Counted from the first letter of the stretch, positions 1 through 8,126 are shown. The stretch: DNA of 36,452 nt from an uncultured Methanosarcinales archaeon (GCA_964458955.1 CAYWLA010000002.1:1-36452), one strand, 5' to 3'. A program made the numbers and translations. The notes: generated from the sequence alone by a model not told the origin.

Positions 1-105
1 ATTGCAAGTATTCTTGGGGCCCAGTAAAGGGCTTTCTTTGGTTTTTTCTCCATATATTGATATGTATATAGAATATTATATTTAAATAATTCGGTTTTGG
101 CGATT

Positions 106-272
106 CCCCATCTTTAGCGAGATGCTTCAGCTTGGGGTGAAGCCAAAAGGCACCGAAGGTGCCATAAAAAGCGAAGCTTTTTCTTTTAGTGCTTTAATAA
201 AACAATTGCGTAGCGAATTTGGCGCTAGAAGTATGAGCTCATACAAGCTGCCGTTACGACAACCTGTATGAG
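106..272 (+). promoter_or_regulatory. Highly structured tnpA leader / IS left-end hairpin cluster
   Basis: Five perfect stems can be read directly: GCTTC/GAAGC (124-143), GGCACC-GAA-GGTGCC (149-163), AAAAAGC-GAA-GCTTTTT (166-182), TAGCG/CGCTA (211-227) and CTCATACA/TGTATGAG (238-272). The last stem overlaps the GAGGTG Shine-Dalgarno at 270-275. Confidence 0.5.
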
Positions 273-281
273 GTGAACAAT

Positions 282-728
282 ATGAGTAGTGTAAACTCTG
301 AGTTAAAAAGCCTTTCGCATAGCAAAGGCCAAAATTGGTATCATGTAATACTTGTTCCAAGAGCAAGGTACCCAGTGTTTAAGTATGAAGCAACAAAAAA
401 ATTATGCGAAGAAGGGATAAAGAAAACATGCAAGAACAATAAAATAAGTATATTTGCCTATGAAGTAATGCCAGACCACGTGCATCTGTTCATTTCTTGC
501 CCGCCAAGGAAATCAATCTTAAAGGTATGTGCAGTAATTAAAGGCGGAAGTTCTCATTACATAAGAGAAGAGATGCCTGCATTAAGGAGATATCCAAGAT
601 TGTGGAGCAAGGGAGTATTTTACAGAAGTGTGGGAAATGTAAGTGCAGACGCAATAGACAATTACATTAAGAACAGCAAAGGAAACCAATGGAAGAAGAC
701 GCGGGAAATGCAGGAAGCATTATTTTAA
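282..728 (+). CDS. tnpA: IS200/IS605-family Y1 (HUH) transposase TnpA
   Basis: ATG 282 lies 6 nt after GAGGTG; the ORF-track start at 273 is GTG. Family layout is present: YHVILVPRARYPVF, HUH motif PDHVHLFIS, LWSKGVFYRSVGNVS, and the catalytic-Tyr helix AIDNYIKNSKG. Length is ~148 aa. Confidence 0.9.
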   Translation: MSSVNSELKSLSHSKGQNWYHVILVPRARYPVFKYEATKKLCEEGIKKTCKNNKISIFAYEVMPDHVHLFISCPPRKSILKVCAVIKGGSSHYIREEMPALRRYPRLWSKGVFYRSVGNVSADAIDNYIKNSKGNQWKKTREMQEALF

Positions 729-732
729 CTTT

Positions 733-783
733 TAATGCGGGCGGTAGAAACCCTGAGCTTTAGCGTACAGGGTAGCCCGCATT
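733..783 (+). terminator. Extended GC-rich hairpin plus T-run: tnpA terminator and/or IS right-end recognition hairpin
   Basis: A 10-bp outer stem TAATGCGGGC/GCCCGCATTA (733-742 / 774-783) encloses an inner stem CCCTG/CAGGG (751-755 / 768-772). It is followed by ATTATTTTTT. Confidence 0.5.
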
Positions 784-834
784 ATTTTTTATCTCATTTT
801 TATTATTTTACAAAAAAGGAGATAGTCAATTACC

Positions 835-850
835 GAAAGGTTTTTATATT
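835..850 (+). promoter_or_regulatory. BRE/TATA-like archaeal promoter (GAAAGGTTTTTATATT)
   Basis: The motif lies ~25-30 nt upstream of ATG 873. The same AAAGGTTTAWAT-type box recurs upstream of several other + strand genes, which implies short or absent leaders. Confidence 0.5.
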
Positions 851-872
851 TGTTATCACTTTAAAATTAGAA

Positions 873-2018
873 ATGGTGCCTAATGAACTGAAAGGGGATG
901 TAGAAAAAAAGTTTTCTAACATAAGTCTCAATCTAAAAAGATCTTTTTCTAAGGTAAAAAATGACATACAAAAAGTAGCCAAAACAAATGAAGAACGTAT
1001 TGATGAGCTAAACAAAAAACTAATTGATTTTGAGGATGAATATGTTGAAAAGCAGGAGTTTAACAATAAAATAGATTCTTTCAGTAAAAAATATAATAAT
1101 TTAAGAAGAGAAATAAAGAAAAGAGAAAAGCTAAAAAAAGAGTTAAAAGAGGCATTAAAGCTAAGAGAAGCTGTTAATTCTATTGCTGAAGATATTAAAA
1201 AGATTAACGGCGTTAAAAAGGAGTTTGAAAAGTTTAAGGATTCAGTTGTCAGCAAAGAAGAATTTAATATGCAGGCAAACAAGTTTGACGCCAGAATCAA
1301 GAAAAGAGCGCAGGACATAAATAATACAAAAAAAGAGCTTGATGAACTGGAAAAAAGATTCATTGATGAATCATATTTCAACAAACAGCTTTCTGACTTG
1401 AGGCAGGAAATTCAGCTAGTAAGAAAAAATTCTGTTGAAAATAATTATTTTAGAAAAAGTCTAAACAGGCTTGATTCAAGGTTCAAAGGGATAATTAACT
1501 TTTTGAAAAAACATCCTGAAATAAAAAAAGAAGACAAAAAAAAGATTGATGAAATAGAAAAATCTCAGGGAAAAGAAGAAAGCGCATTAAAAAGCGCCTG
1601 GAACGGGATAGTTGATTTCTTCACAGAAGAGGTAGAGAAATCTGAAGAGGAAAAGCCTGAAAAAATCAAGAAAAAAAAAGAACCTAAAAAAGAAAAAAAA
1701 CATAATAAGGGATTCTGGAAGGCAGTTGTTGATTTTTTTACAGAAGATGAGTCTAAGGAAGAATGGTTTGAAAAAAGAGAAAAACAAAAGAAAAAAGAGA
1801 AAAAGCCAAAAAAAGTCCTGAAAAAAACCGATAAAAAAAATAAATTCATCAAGTATGTGTTTGTTTTAGTTGGTGTTTCAATAATCTTTCTTCTTTACTA
1901 TTCAAATTTTTGGACTAAAATCATTGGATTCATAATCTCCTACAAATACAACATTTTGCTTGGGATAATTATTCTGGCAATTATAATTTTTCTTAGTGAA
2001 AGAAAAGAAAAAAAGTGA
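873..2018 (+). CDS. Lys/Glu-rich coiled-coil protein with C-terminal transmembrane anchor (function unknown)
   Basis: The start is moved to ATG 873 because 735-872 covers the IS hairpin and the promoter box. The protein has long heptad-like K/E-rich stretches and two W-x-x-[IV]-VDFFTE-[ED] repeats 39 aa apart. Two hydrophobic helices lie at the C-terminus (FIKYVFVLVGVSIIFLLYY, ILLGIIILAIIIFL). Confidence 0.6.
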   Translation: MVPNELKGDVEKKFSNISLNLKRSFSKVKNDIQKVAKTNEERIDELNKKLIDFEDEYVEKQEFNNKIDSFSKKYNNLRREIKKREKLKKELKEALKLREAVNSIAEDIKKINGVKKEFEKFKDSVVSKEEFNMQANKFDARIKKRAQDINNTKKELDELEKRFIDESYFNKQLSDLRQEIQLVRKNSVENNYFRKSLNRLDSRFKGIINFLKKHPEIKKEDKKKIDEIEKSQGKEESALKSAWNGIVDFFTEEVEKSEEEKPEKIKKKKEPKKEKKHNKGFWKAVVDFFTEDESKEEWFEKREKQKKKEKKPKKVLKKTDKKNKFIKYVFVLVGVSIIFLLYYSNFWTKIIGFIISYKYNILLGIIILAIIIFLSERKEKK

Positions 2019-2261
2019 TTATTCTCTTGGAGAAATTTTAATTAATTTTTCTTTGTTTTTAAAGCCTTTAACTATCCTAACATCTTTCTTTAATTCTCTT
2101 GAAAGGAGCTTAACAAGCTCTATATTTGCCTTGTTATCCTGAGCAGGGGCTTTTATATCAATAATGTACGCTTCTTTTTCAGAATTAAACTTAACAATCC
2201 TGCTCTTCGGTGAATTAGGTTTCAAAATAATCTTGATTATGCCTTGTTTTATTTCTTTCAT
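2019..2261 (-). CDS. DUF167 (YggU-like) family protein
   Basis: MKEIKQGIIKIILKPNSPKSRIV...IDIKAPAQDNKANIELVKLLSRELKKDVRIVKGFKNKEKLIKI matches the DUF167 pattern (P.A....I......V...P.dGKAN.el...L.......V.I..G..s..K.i.I). ATG 2261 overlaps the tfs stop as ATGA. Confidence 0.75.
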   Translation of the reverse strand: MKEIKQGIIKIILKPNSPKSRIVKFNSEKEAYIIDIKAPAQDNKANIELVKLLSRELKKDVRIVKGFKNKEKLIKISPRE

Positions 2262-2578
2262 CAGCTGTAATCCCGCCAGATGTGATTGCATTTGGTGCAT
2301 TTGAGGAATTTTGTCTCTGGCTCATCACCTGCCCTTGTCTGCACAAGCCAATAGTATGCTTTCTTATTTTCGCACTCAGAGCATTCAGCTTCCATTATAG
2401 GAAGACTTTTAGAATCGTCACCTTCTATGATGTCAATTTCCTTTTCTTTTACAGTCTTTTCAACAATCTTAGTTTTTTCAAGATCATTGCTTGCATAACT
2501 GCATGAAGAGCATGCCATAACTCTTTTCCCATCTATTTTCTTTGGCAATAATAAAGACCCGCATTTTGGACAAAACAT
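2261..2578 (-). CDS. tfs: Transcription factor S (TFIIS / RpoM-like)
   Basis: It has an N-terminal zinc ribbon (CPKCGS...CSSC) and a C-terminal zinc ribbon (CSEC...CTKC) containing the acidic-loop motif QTRAGDEPET. Length is 105 aa. GGAGGT lies 4 nt upstream of the ATG. Confidence 0.85.
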   Translation of the reverse strand: MFCPKCGSLLLPKKIDGKRVMACSSCSYASNDLEKTKIVEKTVKEKEIDIIEGDDSKSLPIMEAECSECENKKAYYWLVQTRAGDEPETKFLKCTKCNHIWRDYS

Positions 2579-2587
2579 TTTTACCTC

Positions 2588-3244
2588 CTATTTAATAAAA
2601 AAATTTAATAAATCAACAAACCATATCTTGATGTAGCCAAGGTAAGGAACCTTAAAAACAGCCTTGCCTAATACCTGGTTTTGCTTGATATCTGACTCAT
2701 AAATACAACCATCCTGGAAACATCCATTAATCTGGCGGCTATTAGTAAGATAATTATCCCCTTTAGTTTGATATGTTATAGTACCATCATTTTCTTCTAT
2801 GATAATCACCCTGTGGATTATTGGATCTGGCTTTGGATTTGTTCTGGCACCTTGAAATACAATTATGTCTCCTATCTTAAGATTGTCAGAATTTGCTCTC
2901 CAAAGAATCATTATATCTCCTTTGTTAAAGCCATTCTTCAATGGAAATTCCTCAAATGAGCTTTTTACTATTCCAATGCTTGAATAATATTCTTCGCTGT
3001 TCTGCCACCATGTATCAAAATTATAATTATGTTCCATACTATTACTAACAACTGCAACTATTGGGTAGGATGTTCCTAAAGCAAGACCAAGCCCAGGATA
3101 AACTATGAACTTTATAAGAATAAACGCAAGTATGATATTTATAATCCAGCTCCAAATGCTATTATCTTCCCAGATAAAGTGCCATAAGTTCTTCCATGTT
3201 TGTTTTAGGTTTTTTTTATTCATAGGAAAGAGGTTTTTAGACAT
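2588..3244 (-). CDS. Signal peptidase I, archaeal/Sec11 type (S26B)
   Basis: An N-terminal TM helix is followed by VVSNSMEHN (catalytic Ser box), GDIIVF, IIHRV (His box) and TKGDNY. Confidence 0.8.
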   Translation of the reverse strand: MSKNLFPMNKKNLKQTWKNLWHFIWEDNSIWSWIINIILAFILIKFIVYPGLGLALGTSYPIVAVVSNSMEHNYNFDTWWQNSEEYYSSIGIVKSSFEEFPLKNGFNKGDIMILWRANSDNLKIGDIIVFQGARTNPKPDPIIHRVIIIEENDGTITYQTKGDNYLTNSRQINGCFQDGCIYESDIKQNQVLGKAVFKVPYLGYIKIWFVDLLNFFIK

Positions 3245-3312
3245 TTAAATAAAAAACTATCGGTTTTGATGAATCAAATAGTTATTTATACAACTACTGG
3301 TTTCATTATGTT

Positions 3313-4329
3313 ATGGAATTATGCACTAAATGCGGGGAAAAAGAAATATTTCTGGATGGTTTTTGTAAAAAATGCTATCTAAACAAGAATCCATTACTGA
3401 TATCTTTTAAGCCGGTGAAGATTCTTATATGCTTCTTTTGCCGTAAATACTTCTCTAATGGGAAATGGACAGGATTTAGAAAGCTTGAGGATGTAGTCAA
3501 AGATATTGTGCAAAAAAGATTAGTGTTTAATGATGCTGCCAAGATAAGTTCATTTAAACTTAGGCCAGTAATCCCAAAATACAAGGATGGGCCAAATGTA
3601 AAAGTAGACATTCAAACAGAAATTACTGTTTTTGGCACTTATCCTAACAAAAAAACAGTTGTGAAAGAGGAATATGTCCTCCCAGTAAAGGTAATTTTTA
3701 TCCTTTGCCCGAAATGCAGCAGGCACAAAAGCGGCTATTTTGAGGGCATACTGCAATTAAGGAATGTTGATGATGAAGTAGTAGAATATGCTGTTGCTGA
3801 AGCCAAAAAACAAAATCAAAGGGGGATTTTTATAAGCAAACAATTAAAAGTCAGAAACGGATTTGACATTTACCTGACAAAAAGGGGATATATACATGAG
3901 CTTGGCAGAGAACTCTTGAACAAGTTTGGCGGTGAAACAAAAGCCAGTAAAAAATTGTTTTCAAGGGATAAGATGAGAAGCAGGGACATCTACAGGGTAA
4001 ATGTTCTTTTCAGGCAGTCAAAATTCAAGAAAGGCGATATTCTAAATATAGACAATGAGCTATTTAAGGTAAGAAATATTGACCGCCATCTTACAGTTGT
4101 CAACATAAAAACAGGAAAGAAAACATCAATAATGCCAAAACATCTCAAAGTTAAGGCTGCTGAAGAGGTTAAAGAAACAATAGTTTCGCTGGTATTTCCA
4201 CATATTGAGATACTGCATCCAGAAACATTCCAGTCTGTAAATCCAGAAAATATCAAGAACAGGAAATTCAAAATTAACCAGAAAGTAAGAGTTGTTGTTT
4301 TAGAAAGCAATGTATGGCTTGTTGATTAG
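3313..4329 (+). CDS. NMD3-family protein (ribosome large-subunit biogenesis/export adaptor homologue)
   Basis: Cys pairs are CTKCGE...CKKC and CFFC...CPKCSR, followed by the NMD3-typical GYFEGILQLR motif. The ~340 aa length is typical of archaeal NMD3. Confidence 0.7.
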   Translation: MELCTKCGEKEIFLDGFCKKCYLNKNPLLISFKPVKILICFFCRKYFSNGKWTGFRKLEDVVKDIVQKRLVFNDAAKISSFKLRPVIPKYKDGPNVKVDIQTEITVFGTYPNKKTVVKEEYVLPVKVIFILCPKCSRHKSGYFEGILQLRNVDDEVVEYAVAEAKKQNQRGIFISKQLKVRNGFDIYLTKRGYIHELGRELLNKFGGETKASKKLFSRDKMRSRDIYRVNVLFRQSKFKKGDILNIDNELFKVRNIDRHLTVVNIKTGKKTSIMPKHLKVKAAEEVKETIVSLVFPHIEILHPETFQSVNPENIKNRKFKINQKVRVVVLESNVWLVD

Positions 4330-4330
4330 T

Positions 4331-4924
4331 TTAAAGATATATTCTCATTAAATAGAGTATAGTTCCTGCTACGAGCGGGACAATTATGTTATCATCAACT
4401 ATCTGGTTATTCATCCTTAATTCAACAGCCTCTGCGGTCATTGCACCGAATGATGCAAGGAAAGCAGATAAAGGGCTTACAAAGAGCATTGCCCCGAGAA
4501 ATCCAGTGATAGCACCTGCAATATTTCCTTCTATTGATTTAAGGCAGTTAAGGGGATGCTTTTTCCTTCCAAAATGCCAGCCAAATAGATGTGAAACTGA
4601 ATCTCCAAAAGTTAGTATCATTATTGATGCAAGCGCAATATCCCTTTCAAAAAGCTGAAGAACAAGCAAACATCCCACTAAAAAAGAAATAGTCCCTTTT
4701 CCTGGAAATGTTTTTAGTGTATCTTTTCTTTCAAATAGTTTCAGAAAAGAATAAATCAATGGAAGATTAAATTTCCTGCTGAGAATAGAGATTAGAATTC
4801 CAGCAATAAGTATAATAAACAAGATTAATGAATTTAATATATTGTTAACTAGCAGAATAATAATTGCCAGTCCAAGGCATATGTGGAATGCCTGCCTTCT
4901 TACCTCAAACCTGTTAATTTCCAT
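4331..4924 (-). CDS. Polyprenol (dolichol) kinase / cytidylyltransferase-family membrane protein
   Basis: It is polytopic. The C-terminal motif block GDSVSHLFGWHFGRKKHP...KSIEGNIAGAITGFLGA is typical of the CTP-dependent CDS/dolichol-kinase superfamily. Confidence 0.55.
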   Translation of the reverse strand: MEINRFEVRRQAFHICLGLAIIILLVNNILNSLILFIILIAGILISILSRKFNLPLIYSFLKLFERKDTLKTFPGKGTISFLVGCLLVLQLFERDIALASIMILTFGDSVSHLFGWHFGRKKHPLNCLKSIEGNIAGAITGFLGAMLFVSPLSAFLASFGAMTAEAVELRMNNQIVDDNIIVPLVAGTILYLMRIYL

Positions 4925-5472
4925 TTTCTTTCCTTGAGCTTTATTATGAACAAGCCTGTTAAGTAACCAATTAAAGATCCTGCAACAACATCACTTAGAT
5001 AGTGAACCCCTATATAAATCCTGCTAAATGCAACAAATGATGCAGATAAAATCCAGAGCAGCTTTAGCTTTGGGTATGTTTTATTAAGAATTGAAAGTGC
5101 TGCAAATGCAACAGCTGCATGTGCGCTTGGAAACGAATAATCCGGAAGGTGATATAAAAAGTTCATTGATATTTCCAGTGGCCTGGGCCTTGCTATTACA
5201 AACTTTAATATGTATGTTATTATATAAGAAAAAATAATTCCTAATCCCAATGGAAATACCCACTCCCTCTTCTTTTTGTTAAGCAAAAGAAAGAATATTA
5301 AAATAACTATAATAACCAACATAGAGCTGAAATTTGCAAGTAAATGTGAAAGGTAATCAAAAATTTGATTTTTAATTAAAGGTATTATTTTTAATATTAA
5401 ATTATCAGCTAAAAAACTTAATAACAGAACAAATGCTATTATTATTAAATAATATTTTTTTATGATATTAAT
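4900..5472 (-). CDS. PAP2-family phosphatase (polyprenyl-diphosphate / phosphatidate phosphatase)
   Basis: All three PAP2 motifs are present: KFVIARPRP (C1), PSAH (C2) and SRIYIGVHYLSD (C3). The start is uncertain. There is no ATG/GTG/TTG between the upstream stop (5460) and Met at 5322, yet the N-terminal TM region is clearly coding. I propose ATT 5472, 7 nt after AGGTG. The ORF-track GTG 5643 would overlap the upstream gene by 184 nt. Confidence 0.7.
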   Translation of the reverse strand: MNIIKKYYLIIIAFVLLLSFLADNLILKIIPLIKNQIFDYLSHLLANFSSMLVIIVILIFFLLLNKKKREWVFPLGLGIIFSYIITYILKFVIARPRPLEISMNFLYHLPDYSFPSAHAAVAFAALSILNKTYPKLKLLWILSASFVAFSRIYIGVHYLSDVVAGSLIGYLTGLFIIKLKERKWKLTGLR

Positions 5473-5921
5473 TGTAGAACACCTGTGCTTATTATTGTTA
5501 CAATTGTGCCTGCTATTAACACTCCGATTATATTTGCTATGATAAACTTTTTGAAGTTTAGGCCAATTACATAAGCTCCTAATGCCCCTGTGTAAACCCC
5601 TGAGCCAGGCAATGGGACTCCTATGAACAATGCAACGCCCCACTCACCATATTTGTCAACAGCTTTTTGTATCTTTTTCTGAGTCTTTATGACTATCTTA
5701 TTATATGGGTTTGAAAATATTTTATATCGCAGGAAAAACTTCACAAACTTTTCAAGCATGAAATAAATTAAAATTCCAAGAATAATGTTTGCTATTACGC
5801 AGACTATGAAAACAGTTGGCCAGGGCATCCTTAAAACATTAATGCCATAGGGTATACTGGCCCTTAATTCAAGAAAAGGCAACAGTGTTATAAATATCAA
5901 ATACACTAGATTATTAATCAT
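5460..5921 (-). CDS. Small multidrug-export-like membrane protein (COG2426 / Sm_multidrug_ex family)
   Basis: The LPFLELRASIPYG and GVPLPGSGVYTGALGAYV motifs are characteristic of this family. It has 4 predicted TM helices. Confidence 0.65.
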   Translation of the reverse strand: MINNLVYLIFITLLPFLELRASIPYGINVLRMPWPTVFIVCVIANIILGILIYFMLEKFVKFFLRYKIFSNPYNKIVIKTQKKIQKAVDKYGEWGVALFIGVPLPGSGVYTGALGAYVIGLNFKKFIIANIIGVLIAGTIVTIISTGVLQLIS

Positions 5922-6083
5922 AAATTAAAAAAATGAAAGATGTATATAAAGGTTTTCAATATGACTTTTTTAAAATTAAATATATAAAAGAGCATTACAA
6001 TATTCTTTTCTTATTATTTGTATATCCAAATAAATATTTATAAATCTCTCTAGTTTTCTCACAAATTTTTTATTTGTTTTACC

Positions 6084-7517
6084 TCATTCAATATACCCAA
6101 TATTCAGATATGCCTTATCAAATCTCTTGAGGTTAGGTTCATTCTCATTCTGTGCTTTCAATAAAACTCCTTTATTATCACTTATAAGGTAATTTATTAT
6201 AGAGGTTATATCAAATGTATATTCTCCATTCTCATTTATCTCTTGTGAACTGACAATTGTTGGATCAAAACTTGGTTTATTGCTCCAGCTTGCAGTATTA
6301 AGATTCCATTTCTCCGTAATCTTATGCACTGCTACTGCTTGTTTTCCATATTCATCTCCTTCCAGCACCAGCAGATCTACTTTGTTTATTACTAATTCTG
6401 CATCTTTTATTTTCTTATTTTTAATATCCCTTAAATCAAAGTTTATTAATGTCCAAGTCTTGTTTCCGTTTAATAAGACACCAGTGTAGCAGTCATCATA
6501 CATTAAGTAAACTTTATCAGGAAATTTCTCACTAAGGAATCTACAATTTCCTTTAATTTCTATATGTTTCATTGGTTCTTCAATGCAGGCTCCATCTTTG
6601 CAGCCATTTGGGCAATAATATTCTTCTTCCTGCACAAATCCATTTTTATCACAATACCCTTCAATCAATAATCCATAAAATTCAGGAATATCAGCCGCAT
6701 CAGAACACACATCAACAAACTCTCTTGTTTCCACACCATATTTTGCTGCATAGTATTCATCACTCTTTCCTTTTACAGTTCCGTTTACATAATAATTTTT
6801 GCCGCCATCAGAGTCTGTGCATATTGGAGTTGGTTCTTCAGGCTCTTCTTCAGGTGATTCTTCAGGGCAGCAGCATGTTCCTGCAACTGGAAATATCCAC
6901 AAGAAGTTCTTTTTACATTTTGTTGAAGTCTTTTTATAGCCCCTATTACAATCCAAAAGGGTATCACAATAACAATCACCTGAACATTTAGAATATTCAA
7001 CAGTAGGAAGAGTTGTTTCTTCTTCTGTCTCGTCTTCCACTTCTTCTTCCTCTTCTACTACTTCTTCTGTCTCAGGTTCAGGTGGAACAGCTGACTCTTC
7101 TACAAGTGCACCATCTTTACATATGTATCCAGAGATTGATTTTGGCTCATAGTTTATAGTTAAATCATTAAAACATGTCCATTCCTTGAGTGTTGTTGAA
7201 TCAACACATTCATCTGTTTGACTATTTATTGTCATTGTACCTGATGTTATTGTACAAGTTCCCTTAGTAAGATAATCTTTCCCATTATCTGTATCTGTGC
7301 ATTTTGGTACTGCTGGGCAGCACCAGTTTCTCTTGAATATTAATCCACATTTTTCTGTTGCTTTTTCATAACCATTTGGACATTTGCTCCAAATAGTAAG
7401 AGGACAATTACAACCTCCTGGGTTATTGGCTGCCTTAACTGTTAATGAGAAAATGCTTCCTAACAAAACTAAACCAAATAAAATCATAAAGAATATTTTA
7501 ATTGTTTTATTTTCCAT
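6084..7517 (-). CDS. Secreted Cys-rich protein with internal duplication, acidic linker and C-terminal DNRLRE-like domain
   Basis: A signal peptide (MENKTIKIFFMILFGLVLLGSIFSLTVKA) is followed by two copies of a C-x-C...GY-x-K...KC...CCP...CTD[TS]D-x-GK-[DN]-Y module. They are separated by an EEVVEEEEEVEDETEEE linker. The C-terminal block ITEKWNLNTASWSNKPSF resembles the W-x-E-x-x-x-T-W-x-N-x-P signature of DNRLRE-type domains. Confidence 0.6.
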   Translation of the reverse strand: MENKTIKIFFMILFGLVLLGSIFSLTVKAANNPGGCNCPLTIWSKCPNGYEKATEKCGLIFKRNWCCPAVPKCTDTDNGKDYLTKGTCTITSGTMTINSQTDECVDSTTLKEWTCFNDLTINYEPKSISGYICKDGALVEESAVPPEPETEEVVEEEEEVEDETEEETTLPTVEYSKCSGDCYCDTLLDCNRGYKKTSTKCKKNFLWIFPVAGTCCCPEESPEEEPEEPTPICTDSDGGKNYYVNGTVKGKSDEYYAAKYGVETREFVDVCSDAADIPEFYGLLIEGYCDKNGFVQEEEYYCPNGCKDGACIEEPMKHIEIKGNCRFLSEKFPDKVYLMYDDCYTGVLLNGNKTWTLINFDLRDIKNKKIKDAELVINKVDLLVLEGDEYGKQAVAVHKITEKWNLNTASWSNKPSFDPTIVSSQEINENGEYTFDITSIINYLISDNKGVLLKAQNENEPNLKRFDKAYLNIGYIE

Positions 7518-7628
7518 TTTTTATGCACCTCATATCTTCTTTGATTATTTTAATTGTTTTAATTACTTTGATTTTCTTTAATTATTTTAATTATCTTAAT
7601 TTTTTAACTATTTAACTATTTTTTTAAA

Positions 7629-8126
7629 CTAAGCCTTCTTAACCAAAACACCATCACCAAGGCCTTCAAGCCTTAACTTCAGTCTGCTGCTGCTTATTGG
7701 AATGCAAAGTAGCGGTATATCATCATCATCCATTCTAATTTTTGAAAGTTTCATTGGCTCTATTGCATTTCCCATAACAAGAAATACATTATTTCCTGTT
7801 TCATCATTTATAGAATCTGCAATCCAAGGATTTATATCCTCGGGTAAAGAAAGAGGAGGACACTCAGGAGCATTACATATTTGATAAAAGCATATTTCCT
7901 TTACTTTTGACGGAACACTGTATGTCTTTGTCTTGACAGAGCCATAATCAGAACTAATTGTTTTAAAATCTTTTTCTAAGTCATCTTTAAATTGTATAAA
8001 TTCAACCTGTTCTGCGTTCTCGTTAAGACCTTTTATTGCATTGTAGCCATAAAGCAATATACCTGCAGTTATTATTAGTGTAAGAATATAGATAAATACC
8101 TGGCCTTGAATCTGCCCTTTTCTCAT
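7629..8126 (-). CDS. Possible class III (type IV pilin-like) signal-peptide protein
   Basis: The N-terminus MRKGQ|IQGQVFIYILTLIITAGILLYGY has a short basic head, a KG-Q junction and then one hydrophobic helix. The rest has no recognisable motif. Confidence 0.4.
   Translation of the reverse strand: MRKGQIQGQVFIYILTLIITAGILLYGYNAIKGLNENAEQVEFIQFKDDLEKDFKTISSDYGSVKTKTYSVPSKVKEICFYQICNAPECPPLSLPEDINPWIADSINDETGNNVFLVMGNAIEPMKLSKIRMDDDDIPLLCIPISSSRLKLRLEGLGDGVLVKKA

Larger units (their letters stand above)
100..790 (+). mobile_element. IS200-like (IS200/IS605 family, tnpA-only) insertion sequence; ends approximate
   Basis: A single Y1/HUH transposase gene is flanked by dense subterminal hairpins (106-272 upstream, 733-783 downstream). 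Both sides share a CTTTAGCG motif (112-119 and 758-765). The ~0.7 kb size and the lack of tnpB or terminal inverted repeats fit IS200-type elements. Exact ends cannot be set without a second copy or an empty site. Confidence 0.55.

Noticed and set aside
1-272. Possible TnpB-associated omega-RNA/guide scaffold or tnpB remnant upstream of tnpA
   Set aside because: No tnpB-like coding sequence is visible in the window. The structured region is more simply the IS200 left end and leader, and this cannot be tested from the sequence alone.
127-366. 79-aa minus-strand ORF across the IS leader and tnpA start
   Set aside because: It lies antisense to the hairpin cluster and to the well-supported tnpA 5' end. 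It has no SD or promoter box and its composition is not protein-like.
735-872. N-terminal 46 codons of the 427-aa ORF-track protein
   Set aside because: This stretch covers the GC-rich hairpin (733-783) and a BRE/TATA box (835-850). ATG 873 at the canonical distance from the box is the more credible start.
830-1852. Minus-strand ORFs (184, 95 and 66 aa) inside the K/E-rich gene
   Set aside because: They are Ser/Phe/Leu-rich mirror translations of AAG/GAA-rich coding sequence, a typical antisense artefact.
5473-5643. GTG-5643 start for the PAP2 gene
   Set aside because: It would overlap the upstream membrane-protein gene by 184 nt in a different frame, and the overlapping translation (MGRCIVHRSPIAWLRGL...) is not protein-like.
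7518-7628. Reiterated TTAATT/TTTAATTATTTTAATT motifs, checked as a possible CRISPR array or mini-satellite
   Set aside because: There is no fixed-length repeat unit and no unique spacers. It is just AT-rich low-complexity promoter/spacer sequence between two minus-strand genes.
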